Shown here piece by piece: positions 1 to 7,820 of a DNA stretch of 64,000 nt. Under the pieces are notes generated by a model, which was not told the origin of the DNA, did no database searches, and was given only the letters and a program-made list of their open reading frames with translations. Source of the DNA: Candidatus Woesearchaeota archaeon (GTDB taxonomy: Archaea; Nanobdellota; Nanobdellia; Pacearchaeales; UBA284); NCBI GenBank assembly GCA_964354405.1, contig CAYGZP010000001.1, forward strand, positions 148,879-212,878. The letters are read 5' to 3'. The translations under genes and the position numbers were made by a program. The first letter of the stretch is position 1; every line of letters begins with the position of its first letter.

Positions 1-184
1 TAAAAAAATTAGTTATTGCTATTGTCCCAGTCTTACTATACAAATGTAATCTATCTCCAATTTCATTAAGAATAATCCATGGTTCTTTACTCCATACAGA
101 CGCGTCTTTCAAAGCGATAGCTTCTTTTTCACTAAGAAAAAGTTTAGGTTCTTTTATTAATTCGAATATTTTTTCATCAACCAT
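1..184 (-). CDS. Hypothetical protein, 5' part only (runs off the window)
   Basis: ATG at 184 opens MVDEKIFELIKEPKLFLSEKEAIALKD... with no stop before base 1; a promoter-like GGAAAAATCTATAA lies about 25 bp upstream. Confidence 0.55.
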   Translation of the reverse strand, partial: MVDEKIFELIKEPKLFLSEKEAIALKDASVWSKEPWIILNEIGDRLHLYSKTGTIAITNFF

Positions 185-249
185 ATCTGGCCGGCCAGAC
201 TCCGGCCCTTATAGATTTTTCCCTCACACACCTCCGACTACCCAAACTA

Positions 250-319
250 ACAAAAATACAAAACGCAAAACACAAACTAAGGGTCAATAAGAACCAATTT
301 GCTGGTGCTGGATGCTTTG
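250..319. repeat. Dispersed repeat, copy 1 of 3
   Basis: 69/70 identical to 1379-1448; core also at 4098-4143. Confidence 0.95.
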
Positions 320-366
320 TTTTTATTCTTTACTCTTCTTTCTTCTTTTCCTCTCTCGGCGATGCG

Positions 367-1266
367 TTAAAATCTGATTTTGCTTTCTTTTAATAGCTTT
401 AATAATAAGGCTACAAAGGGCCTTAAATTTCCTTTGATTTGGGCTTCTTGCAGTGCTTTATAATATCTGTGCTTTATGGCATTGGGGATGTTTATCATTG
501 GATATCTGTTTTTATACAGAATAAAATTCATTAATAATCTGCCCACCCTACCATTGCCGTCAATGAAAGGATGTATAAGCTCAAAAGCAGTATGAAAATA
601 AGCGGCAATAACCAAAGGAGGCAATTTATTCTTGTTTTTTGAGTACCATGACAATAAAGATTTCATTTCTTTAGGCACTTTTTCCGGTTTAGGGGGAATC
701 CATTCTACTCCCCTTATATAAACCTGAACTGTTCTGTAATTGCCCACATATTCTTCTAATTCAGCTCTTAAGGTGTTTTTTACTATGATTTTATGCAATT
801 TACAAATTAATTCTTTCGTGATATCCCCATTATATTTAATGATAAAATCAAAAGCTTCTTTATGATTTAAGGTTTCATTTATTTCTCTTAAAGACTTCTT
901 AGGGGTTATATTTTCAAATAACAATTGAGAAGTTTCTTGCAAAGTTAATGTATTGCCCTCTATTGCAGCAGAATTATAAGTGAAAAAAGAGCAGAAAGCT
1001 TCATATCTGCTCTCAATATTCTCTTTAGGCTCTTTGATATACTCTTTTTGTATTTTTTCCAAGATTTTTAGCTCTTCTGCTGTCAAAATACCGCTCAAGA
1101 AAATCAATTCTTTGTCAGCCATTTTTTCTTTAGCCATCAAATTTTCTTTAGCCAAATTCGCCCCCAGATATATCCTTTTTTTCTTTATTTTTTTGCCTTC
1201 CCTCACAGAGATAACTCTATAATAATACCTTCTATTGCCCTTTGTTTTAACTTCTGTGTAAGTCAT
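367..1266 (-). CDS. Fic family protein (class II) with N-terminal basic beta-sheet putative DNA-binding domain
   Basis: Fic motif HPFIDGNGRVGR; inhibitory motif SAAIEGN; start moved to ATG 1266, just downstream of a TATA box. Confidence 0.92.
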   Translation of the reverse strand: MTYTEVKTKGNRRYYYRVISVREGKKIKKKRIYLGANLAKENLMAKEKMADKELIFLSGILTAEELKILEKIQKEYIKEPKENIESRYEAFCSFFTYNSAAIEGNTLTLQETSQLLFENITPKKSLREINETLNHKEAFDFIIKYNGDITKELICKLHKIIVKNTLRAELEEYVGNYRTVQVYIRGVEWIPPKPEKVPKEMKSLLSWYSKNKNKLPPLVIAAYFHTAFELIHPFIDGNGRVGRLLMNFILYKNRYPMINIPNAIKHRYYKALQEAQIKGNLRPFVALLLKLLKESKIRF

Positions 1267-1274
1267 AATATTTA

Positions 1275-1316
1275 TACGTCTACACTCTTTATAAATCTTT
1301 CTGATATGTAGACGTA
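1275..1316 (-). promoter_or_regulatory. BRE/TATA promoter of Fic gene bracketed by a perfect 10-bp inverted repeat
   Basis: TACGTCTACA (1275-1284) and TGTAGACGTA (1307-1316) flank the minus-strand GAAAGATTTATAAA. Confidence 0.75.
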
Positions 1317-1378
1317 AAGAAAGAATGTCTCCATTTAACCTCTTCCTTTTCCCCGCACACATCTCCGACTAGACAAAG

Positions 1379-1448
1379 ACAAAAATACAAAACGCAAAAC
1401 ACAAACTGAGGGTCAATAAGAACCAATTTGCTGGTGCTGGATGCTTTG
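1379..1448. repeat. Dispersed repeat, copy 2 of 3
   Basis: 69/70 identical to 250-319. Confidence 0.95.
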
Positions 1449-1482
1449 CTGTTTTAGAATCTAACTTTACTTTTCCCCGAAC

Positions 1483-1587
1483 TCAACTTTCTATTTTTCT
1501 CCTGAACTCTTCAACAGAACTATACTTGGTAAACTTGCCTTTCTTAATCTTATCCAGCTTTTTCAAATAACTCTTTTTGACTTTCAT
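1483..1587 (-). CDS. 34-aa peptide resembling the C-terminal part of archaeal type II antitoxins (not in the ORF track)
   Basis: MKVKKSYLKKLDKIKKGKFTKYSSVEEFRRKIES; ATGA overlap with the upstream gene. Confidence 0.5.
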   Translation of the reverse strand: MKVKKSYLKKLDKIKKGKFTKYSSVEEFRRKIES

Positions 1588-1853
1588 AAAACCCCCAATG
1601 CGCCCTTCAAGTAAGGCATATTTTTCTCGATAAACTCTATTATTTCTTTTTTAAAATGTGGATTAGCTGAAATTGCCCTAAATTTTGTTTTTTTAGTCAG
1701 GATAAGCCAACCGTTTTTAACAAGTTCACTAATAGTTTCTTTTGAAAATCTTTTGAAATGCTCTAACCTATCATAACAAGCGCCCCAGTTTTTCTTCCCT
1801 CTAATAACCTTAAACAACAGTTGCGCTTTTTCAAGATCACTTGCTTTTTCCAT
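1584..1853 (-). CDS. Small conserved-looking hypothetical protein, possibly a TA component
   Basis: 89-aa ORF with its own TATA (GAAACATTTAAAA); divergent from a wHTH gene. Confidence 0.7.
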   Translation of the reverse strand: MEKASDLEKAQLLFKVIRGKKNWGACYDRLEHFKRFSKETISELVKNGWLILTKKTKFRAISANPHFKKEIIEFIEKNMPYLKGALGVL

Positions 1854-1949
1854 AATAATTATTAGATTTAGATACTTTTAAATGTTTCTATCTTTGAAAT
1901 ATCTATTAATTCAATAGAAAGATTTAAATAGCTTGATTATTTAATAAAT

Positions 1950-1970
1950 TTAAATAAATGATTTATTTAA
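1950..1970. promoter_or_regulatory. Palindromic operator candidate upstream of wHTH gene
   Basis: TTAAATAAAT-G-ATTTATTTAA, a perfect 10-1-10 palindrome between the promoter (GAAAGATTTAAATA, 1917-1930) and the ATG; very AT-rich. Confidence 0.45.
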
Positions 1971-1979
1971 TAATATAAA

Positions 1980-2321
1980 ATGAAAATAAAAGAAAACAAA
2001 TCTGTATTTTTAGAAGTCTTTGGAGACACGCCTAAATTGCGAGTCTTGGACTTTTTAATAGAAAATCACATGTTTGACTATCCTATGACCGAGATAGCAA
2101 GAGGGAGCAATGTGAGTTATAATTCTATAAAGGGTTTCTTCTCGAACTGGATCAAGGAAGGAATAATCATAAGAACAAGAAAAATCGGAAAATCCGATTA
2201 TTACAAGTTTAATTTGGATAATCCTTTTGTTAAAAATCTCATAAAATTAGATTGGATTCTCACTAAAAAGGCGCTTGCTCCAGAACTAACAAAAAAGCAG
2301 TTCTCTCCAATCCCTGCATAG
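1980..2321 (+). CDS. Winged helix-turn-helix protein
   Basis: FGDTPKLRVLDFL...MTEIARGSNVS...TRKIGKSDYY, an ArsR/MarR-like wHTH pattern. Confidence 0.8.
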   Translation: MKIKENKSVFLEVFGDTPKLRVLDFLIENHMFDYPMTEIARGSNVSYNSIKGFFSNWIKEGIIIRTRKIGKSDYYKFNLDNPFVKNLIKLDWILTKKALAPELTKKQFSPIPA

Positions 2322-2461
2322 ACTTTTTATTCTTATCTACTCCCCCTAGCAACACGCACCATCCTTTTAACTTTTTCTCCTTTATCGTTAAATGATAAAC
2401 CTCTTGCCCTAGAAACCGCACCCTTCAATCACTTACTTCTTATCTCTCGCTTTGTTTTAAA

Positions 2462-4018
2462 TTAATAGTTCCTTGCCTGATGGAACTTCGCCCGTCTTTG
2501 GAGTTTCTTTCTGTTCTCTGAATCATGCCGGGATGATTTTCTCCATGTTCTCTGTGTCTGTGCTCCTTCAGGGCTTCTGCTATCTCTGTTATCGCTGCCA
2601 TGGCTACCCGGATTTCTATCATCTCTGTATTGTCTTTCAAAGCTCCCCCTTTCTTCTTTGCTTTCTCCAATATATCCACTGCCCCCGCCGTATCCTCTGG
2701 ATTCTCTGGGTCTGCTGGGGCCAGGGCATCTATTTTCATGGCTATGGCTAAATCTACGACGTCCATGGCTAAATCTGCTGTCACGGCTAAAGCTGCGAGG
2801 ACTTCTGCCATAACCCCCTCCTCTCCCCCTGTCACCTACTCCTCTTTCCTCTCTTCCTCTTTCCCCCCTTCTGCTGTCCTCTCTTCTGCTTGGGCTTTTG
2901 ATAAAAACTCTTTCAAATTGCGGAAGCTCTGTTTTTTGGATGTTCAATGACTGGTCGCTTATAACCCTGTTGAAGTTTTCATAATCTCTTTCGGCAAGAA
3001 TAGTTATTGCCTTTCCTTTTTTCCCGGCTCTCGCAGTTCTTCCAACTCTATGGATATATTCTATGCTTGTTTTTGGAGAGTCATAGTTATAGACATGCGA
3101 AACATGCGGGATGTCAAGCCCCCTTGCAGCAACATCTGTGCATACAAGAATAAATTTGCTGCTCTTGTGGAATTCCTCAAGAACCCTGCTCCTTTGATTC
3201 TGTCTTAAGTCTCCATGAAGAGCAAGCGCGTCAAAACCATTTCTGTTCAAGCTCTTTCCGATAAAATCAGCGTTTCTTTTTGTGTTGCAGAAAACCATTA
3301 CAAGTTTTGAATTCTCCTGTTTGAGAAGATGCACCAGCAAGGAGAATTTTTCATTCGGAGGAACATCATAAAAAACCTGCTCAAGCTTTGAGGGGTCAAC
3401 ATAAGATTCAGCCGAGACTTCTTTAGCATTCCGCATGTATTTTTTTGAAATCTCTATTATCTGGCCTGATATAGTTGCTGAAAAAAGAAATGTCTGCCTA
3501 TCCCTTGGGCATCTCTCAATTATTCTTGTTACTTCCTCAAGAAAACCCATGTCAAGCATCCTGTCAGCTTCATCAAGAACAAGAAATCTTACTCTTGAAA
3601 GGTCAATTGTCCTTCTTGAAAGATGGTCAAGTATTCTTCCGGGAGTTCCTACAACAATCTCTGTTCTTTCCAGCCCGCGTATCTGGGGGATCAATGAAAC
3701 CCCGCCATAAACAGCAGTGATTTTCAGATGATAATACTTTGCAAATATTGAAAGAGCCTTTGAATCCTGCTGCGCCAATTCTCTTGTTGGGGTAAGTATC
3801 AGTGCCTGAATGCCTTTTCCAGGCTGAACATGCTCTATGATTGGCGCCCCAAAAGCAAGAGTTTTTCCTGAGCCAGTTGCGCTTTCTCCAATGATATCAT
3901 GGCCGGCAAGAGCCAGGGGAAGTACTTTCTCTTGGATTTCAGTCGGCTCTGTAAAGCCGCTTTCCTCAATAATTTTCAGCAAATTCTGGCTTAACCCCAG
4001 TTCTTTGAAACTTTTCAT
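2462..4018 (-). CDS. DEAD-box RNA helicase with R/G/S-rich C-terminal tail
   Basis: Q motif, SATGSGKT, PTRELA, DEAD, SAT and HRVGRTAR motifs; true start at ATG 4018. Confidence 0.97.
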   Translation of the reverse strand: MKSFKELGLSQNLLKIIEESGFTEPTEIQEKVLPLALAGHDIIGESATGSGKTLAFGAPIIEHVQPGKGIQALILTPTRELAQQDSKALSIFAKYYHLKITAVYGGVSLIPQIRGLERTEIVVGTPGRILDHLSRRTIDLSRVRFLVLDEADRMLDMGFLEEVTRIIERCPRDRQTFLFSATISGQIIEISKKYMRNAKEVSAESYVDPSKLEQVFYDVPPNEKFSLLVHLLKQENSKLVMVFCNTKRNADFIGKSLNRNGFDALALHGDLRQNQRSRVLEEFHKSSKFILVCTDVAARGLDIPHVSHVYNYDSPKTSIEYIHRVGRTARAGKKGKAITILAERDYENFNRVISDQSLNIQKTELPQFERVFIKSPSRREDSRRGERGREERGVGDRGRGGGYGRSPRSFSRDSRFSHGRRRFSHSHENRCPGPSRPRESRGYGGGSGYIGESKEERGSFERQYRDDRNPGSHGSDNRDSRSPEGAQTQRTWRKSSRHDSENRKKLQRRAKFHQARNY

Positions 4019-4097
4019 TTTATATTGAATATTATTTATTGCTTTTAACCCTTTCTCGTTCGGATTCCCAATCAGGCAAAGACAAAAACACAAAACT

Positions 4098-4143
4098 AAA
4101 CTGAGGGTCAATAAGAACCTGTTTGCTGGTGCTGGATGCTTTG
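4098..4143. repeat. Dispersed repeat, copy 3 of 3 (csp 3' UTR / helicase upstream region)
   Basis: 44/46 identical to 1403-1448. Confidence 0.9.
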
Positions 4144-4151
4144 TTTATTCT

Positions 4152-4361
4152 TTACTCTTCTTTTCCTTTAAGTTTCTCAACACTCTCAGCTTTAGGGCCT
4201 TTGTCGCCCTCTACAGCCTTGAACGAGACCTTATCGCCTTCATCAATTGAAACGCCTTCCTTCAATCCAGTTCCGTGGACGAAGTAAGTTTTGCCGTCAT
4301 CTCCGTTGATGAATCCGTAGTTCCTCATTCTGTTGAAAAACTTGACTGTTCCTTCTGTCAT
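4152..4361 (-). CDS. csp: Cold-shock domain protein
   Basis: GTVKFFN, RNP1 YGFI, RNP2 YFVH, GPKAESV. Confidence 0.95.
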   Translation of the reverse strand: MTEGTVKFFNRMRNYGFINGDDGKTYFVHGTGLKEGVSIDEGDKVSFKAVEGDKGPKAESVEKLKGKEE

Positions 4362-4425
4362 TTTATTCAATATATAGTTTAAGTGTAAGCGCTTTTTAAC
4401 CCTTTCTACCTAACTTTCTCGCACA

Positions 4426-4478
4426 TTACCCTTACAATTGGCTCAATAACACAAGATTTAAATAGTTTGTAAGAGTAA
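4426..4478 (+). promoter_or_regulatory. Promoter of second Fic gene bracketed by a 12-bp inverted repeat
   Basis: TTACCCTTACAA (4426-4437) and TTGTAAGAGTAA (4467-4478), 11/12 complementary, flank CAAGATTTAAATA. Confidence 0.7.
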
Positions 4479-4485
4479 GATATTT

Positions 4486-5337
4486 ATGAGAATAATCAAA
4501 ATAAAGAAAGGCAAAGAACACTATTTTTACTTAAAATATTCTTATAGGAAAGGAAAGAGGGTAATAACAAAAGAGAAGTATCTCGGCAAGAAAATTCCTA
4601 AAGATATAGATAAAATAACGCAAGATTTGAAGGAAGAACTGCAAAAAGGCATTTATGAGAAACTTGAAAAGATAAAAGATAATTTTCGGGAAGAATGGAA
4701 AGGCTATCCCGAAACCGTGAAAAATAAAGAAAAAGAAGAAATTGCCATAGCTTTTACTTATAATACTAATGCTATTGAAGGCTCTACAATAACTTTAGAA
4801 GAAGCCCGCGAGATAATACATGATAAAATTGCTCCCAATAAGCCATTGAGAGATGTTAGGGAAACAGAAGCTCATTCCCAAGTTTTCTTAAAAATGCTTG
4901 ACAAGAAAGAAGAAATTTCTAATTCATTGCTTCTGAAATGGCATAAAGATATTTTCGGAGAAACAAAGCCAGACATTTCTGGCAAATATAGAGACTATCT
5001 TGTAAGAGTCGGCGATTATATTGCTCCTGACTGGCAGGAAGTTAAAGAATTAATAAATCAGTTTATTAAATTTATAAACCATGCCAAGATACATTCTGTC
5101 GAATTGGCTGCAAGAGCCCATCACAGATTTGAAATGATACATCCCTTTGGAGATGGAAATGGCAGAATAGGAAGATTGATTATGAACCACATTTTATGGC
5201 ACAAGGGTTATCCAATGCTTATTATAGAATACAAAAAAAGAAAGTCTTATTATAGAGCATTACAAAGAGGTGAAGAGAAATTTGTCAAATATTTTTTTAG
5301 AAGATATCTCACAGTCCATAAAAAAAGATATTCTTAA
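4486..5337 (+). CDS. Fic family protein (class II) with N-terminal basic beta-sheet putative DNA-binding domain
   Basis: Fic motif HPFGDGNGRIGR; inhibitory motif TNAIEGS. Confidence 0.92.
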   Translation: MRIIKIKKGKEHYFYLKYSYRKGKRVITKEKYLGKKIPKDIDKITQDLKEELQKGIYEKLEKIKDNFREEWKGYPETVKNKEKEEIAIAFTYNTNAIEGSTITLEEAREIIHDKIAPNKPLRDVRETEAHSQVFLKMLDKKEEISNSLLLKWHKDIFGETKPDISGKYRDYLVRVGDYIAPDWQEVKELINQFIKFINHAKIHSVELAARAHHRFEMIHPFGDGNGRIGRLIMNHILWHKGYPMLIIEYKKRKSYYRALQRGEEKFVKYFFRRYLTVHKKRYS

Positions 5338-5386
5338 TCGTAATTATTTATTTTCTCTAGCATTCAAAGACTTTTAACTTTTTCTT

Positions 5387-5716
5387 TTAATACTTGAATG
5401 CCCTTTCGTACTTTTTATGATCTTCAAAGAAATCAATAATAATTGAAAGAATTTCCACTTCATTAGGGGTAGTTATAGAATAAATCAATCTTGCGCTCTT
5501 TGATAAGTCTATTAGCCAGAGATTGTCTATCTCAAATTTTTTAATATATTCTTTTGGGATTATTCTTTTTGGAATGGACTCTCCAGAAAAAGCATTTTGT
5601 TTAATTTTCTCTATAGCTTTTTTAATCGCCTTTTTTAGAGGATCGGCATCATTTAGGTTGAAATAAATCTCTTCTAGCTTTTTGTCAGCAAATATGACTT
5701 TAGACGGTTTTATCAT
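5387..5716 (-). CDS. RelE/ParE-fold toxin candidate
   Basis: Pattern IEKIKQNAFSGE...LWLIDLSKSARLIYSI...DHKKYER; ATGA overlap with the upstream gene. Confidence 0.75.
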   Translation of the reverse strand: MIKPSKVIFADKKLEEIYFNLNDADPLKKAIKKAIEKIKQNAFSGESIPKRIIPKEYIKKFEIDNLWLIDLSKSARLIYSITTPNEVEILSIIIDFFEDHKKYERAFKY

Positions 5717-6015
5717 AGGCTTTTTCTCCTTAGTCTCATGAATTTTTTGGCAAGTTCTGGGTTCCATATATAGACTAGAATTCCTTTTCTTGAGATGGCT
5801 ATTTTATTAATGCTTTCTAGATACCCTATAACTGTAATATAGGTCTGCCACATTACTTTTTTAGGTAGTTTTTGCCATATCTTCCTTCTAGTAAACTCGC
5901 CACTGTACTTCTTTATCGTGGCCTCTACCATTGATACCGTATCTAGGGTAGGGGATCTAAATAATCCAGATATCTCCCTACAATAACTATTTTTTCTTTG
6001 AATTTGGATTGGCAT
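5713..6015 (-). CDS. wHTH-like putative antitoxin or regulator
   Basis: SPTLDTVSMVE...LPKKVMWQTY...YIWNPEL; translationally coupled to the RelE-like gene. Confidence 0.7.
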   Translation of the reverse strand: MPIQIQRKNSYCREISGLFRSPTLDTVSMVEATIKKYSGEFTRRKIWQKLPKKVMWQTYITVIGYLESINKIAISRKGILVYIWNPELAKKFMRLRRKSL

Positions 6016-6040
6016 TTTTTACCCTAATAGTATTTTATAA

Positions 6041-6058
6041 GTATATCAATTGATATAC
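6041..6058. promoter_or_regulatory. Perfect 18-bp palindromic operator of the TA operon
   Basis: GTATATCAATTGATATAC lies directly downstream of the minus-strand promoter CGAAACCTTTTTAA (6061-6074). Confidence 0.75.
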
Positions 6059-6167
6059 ACTTAAAAAGGTTTCGGTTTTAACTAGCGACTTTTTAACTTT
6101 TTCTCTAGCCCCCCCAACCTTCTTCGTGCCCGCGAAAATTTAAATAGGCTCTTTTATAATATTGATA

Positions 6168-6383
6168 ATGCCAGTGAAAATAGATTATGAAAAATGCTGC
6201 TGGAAAAACAATAAATGTGTAAGCAGCAGCTGCGGCTGCGGGACTTGCTGTAAAGGATGCGTTGAAGCCTGTCCAGTTAAAGCATTAGCAAGAAAGAAGC
6301 AAGTTGTTGTTGACGAGAAAAAATGCATTAGCTGTGGCGCTTGCATCTCGGCATGCAAGCATGGGGCGATTTCTTTTAAATAA
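6168..6383 (+). CDS. 4Fe-4S dicluster ferredoxin
   Basis: CKGCVEACP and CISCGACISAC motifs. Confidence 0.9.
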   Translation: MPVKIDYEKCCWKNNKCVSSSCGCGTCCKGCVEACPVKALARKKQVVVDEKKCISCGACISACKHGAISFK

Positions 6384-6478
6384 ACCCCAGTCTTTTCTAT
6401 GGTTTTATAGTAGGACAACCCCCCTACTCGAGAGCTCCGCCTTTCCTTATCACTTAACAACAAAAGCCTTAAAAATGT

Positions 6479-6685
6479 CTAAAGAATTTTTTCCTCAATA
6501 ATTCTAGAGATCGGTTTTTTTGTTTTATGACTTAACCATCTTAATTTGTTTATAGTTTCCACTGAGAGAGTTAGGTCTATTCTCTTCCTCTGGAAAGGCA
6601 ATTCTCTTGTTTTGTCATAGTTTTCCAGAGCTTCAAAGACGTCTTTATATTTTCTTAGTATGCTTCTTATCTTAGATGATCGCAT
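6479..6685 (-). CDS. Ribbon-helix-helix putative antitoxin
   Basis: C-terminal RKRIDLTLS...PISRIIE RHH pattern; overlaps the Doc-like gene. Confidence 0.7.
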   Translation of the reverse strand: MRSSKIRSILRKYKDVFEALENYDKTRELPFQRKRIDLTLSVETINKLRWLSHKTKKPISRIIEEKIL

Positions 6686-7007
6686 TTTTCAACCTCTGCT
6701 CTATGTTTCTTATGTTAGTTATATTTTGTTTTGCAATTGAAACTATGTGATGTAGCAACAGTTCTCTGCTGATTTGTTTCTTATTCTCTTCTGCGAAAGC
6801 CATTGCTATAAAAGCAGATGTTCTCTTGTTCCCATCGCTGAAAGGATGATCTACAAGTATTGCACGAAACAAATAGGCAAGCTTCTTGTATGGGCCTAAT
6901 TTTTTGTTTCTCTGCATGTCAATCGCATAGTCAAGACTAGAGCCACTTCTAAGGTTGCCGCCGAAACCTTCATTTATCCTTAACAAATTTATCTTACTAA
7001 TTTTCAT
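6672..7007 (-). CDS. Doc-type Fic-fold toxin
   Basis: HPFSDGNKRT motif (Doc-type lysine); about 111 aa. Confidence 0.85.
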   Translation of the reverse strand: MKISKINLLRINEGFGGNLRSGSSLDYAIDMQRNKKLGPYKKLAYLFRAILVDHPFSDGNKRTSAFIAMAFAEENKKQISRELLLHHIVSIAKQNITNIRNIEQRLKNAII

Positions 7008-7172
7008 ACACATAAATATTAGTTACTTGTTTATAAACCTTTTGGTTTCCTCTGTGAACAGCAAACCTTAAAAACGCTGAAAATGTGACTATATTGAGGT
7101 GACTGAGGTGATCAGCACCAGACTGATTTCTGGATAAATTTGAGATAAACGAGAAGGAGATAATAAGTTAAA

Positions 7173-7373
7173 ATGACAGAAGAAGATTTAAAGAAAATAG
7201 CTATCGAGATGAGAAATGTCTTATTGGAAAACGAATGTATTTTTCATGTAGTGGTATTGAAGACAGGGGATGGACTAAGAGCACATGAATTTTATAAAAA
7301 GTGTTATCCTTGCATAGGCCATAACTCGGAATGCAAAGACTATGAGCCGTGCTTTCCAAAAAGGCAGCCATAA
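7173..7373 (+). CDS. Hypothetical protein (Cys-rich C-terminus)
   Basis: ORF with AAAATG start; first gene of a 4-gene array. Confidence 0.55.
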   Translation: MTEEDLKKIAIEMRNVLLENECIFHVVVLKTGDGLRAHEFYKKCYPCIGHNSECKDYEPCFPKRQP

Positions 7374-7384
7374 ACTAAGATAAA

Positions 7385-7795
7385 ATGGTAAAGATAAGAG
7401 AGCCTGAAACTCTGATTAAGGTTGCGACATCTTATGAGGATTTGGAAAAGATAGTTAAGAAATTTAATCCAAACGTAATCTCTGTAAAAAGCATTCTAGG
7501 CAACACAGTACAATATCATCTTTATGAGGAAAAGCCAGAGCATTGCATGATAATCCTTTCACAACAGGTAAAAAAGGAGGTAGCCCCCGGGGATTCTAAC
7601 ATCCAATTGACTATAACCTCTGAATCAGAAGATCTGAATAAAAAAGTTTATGAAGAATTAAGCCAAAGAACTGGGCTTGAGTTCAGAGAAGCTCCGGAGT
7701 TTTTGCAAAAAATTATGCCGGGGCTAAATGCTATATTTCCGGTCTTTAAGAAACATGGAAAAGAAGCAGTCATAACTTTTTTAAGAGGGCTTTAA
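7385..7795 (+). CDS. Hypothetical protein
   Basis: 136-aa ORF with AAAATG start. Confidence 0.7.
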   Translation: MVKIREPETLIKVATSYEDLEKIVKKFNPNVISVKSILGNTVQYHLYEEKPEHCMIILSQQVKKEVAPGDSNIQLTITSESEDLNKKVYEELSQRTGLEFREAPEFLQKIMPGLNAIFPVFKKHGKEAVITFLRGL

Positions 7796-7820
7796 AAATA
7801 AGATAAAATGACAGGCAAAA

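Noticed and set aside
2440..2950. Alternative-frame ORFs of 92-131 aa over the helicase tail
   Set aside because: By-products of the GC-richer, low-complexity R/G/S-coding region
250..4143. Repeats as a CRISPR array
   Set aside because: Only three copies, 46-70 bp long, separated by 1-2.6 kb of whole genes; no cas operon
1455..4420. GTTRRRY integron core matches (GTTAGAT at about 1458-1464 and GTTAGGT at about 4408-4414, minus strand)
   Set aside because: A 7-bp degenerate motif is expected by chance; no attC R''/L'' box pairing or integron integrase is seen
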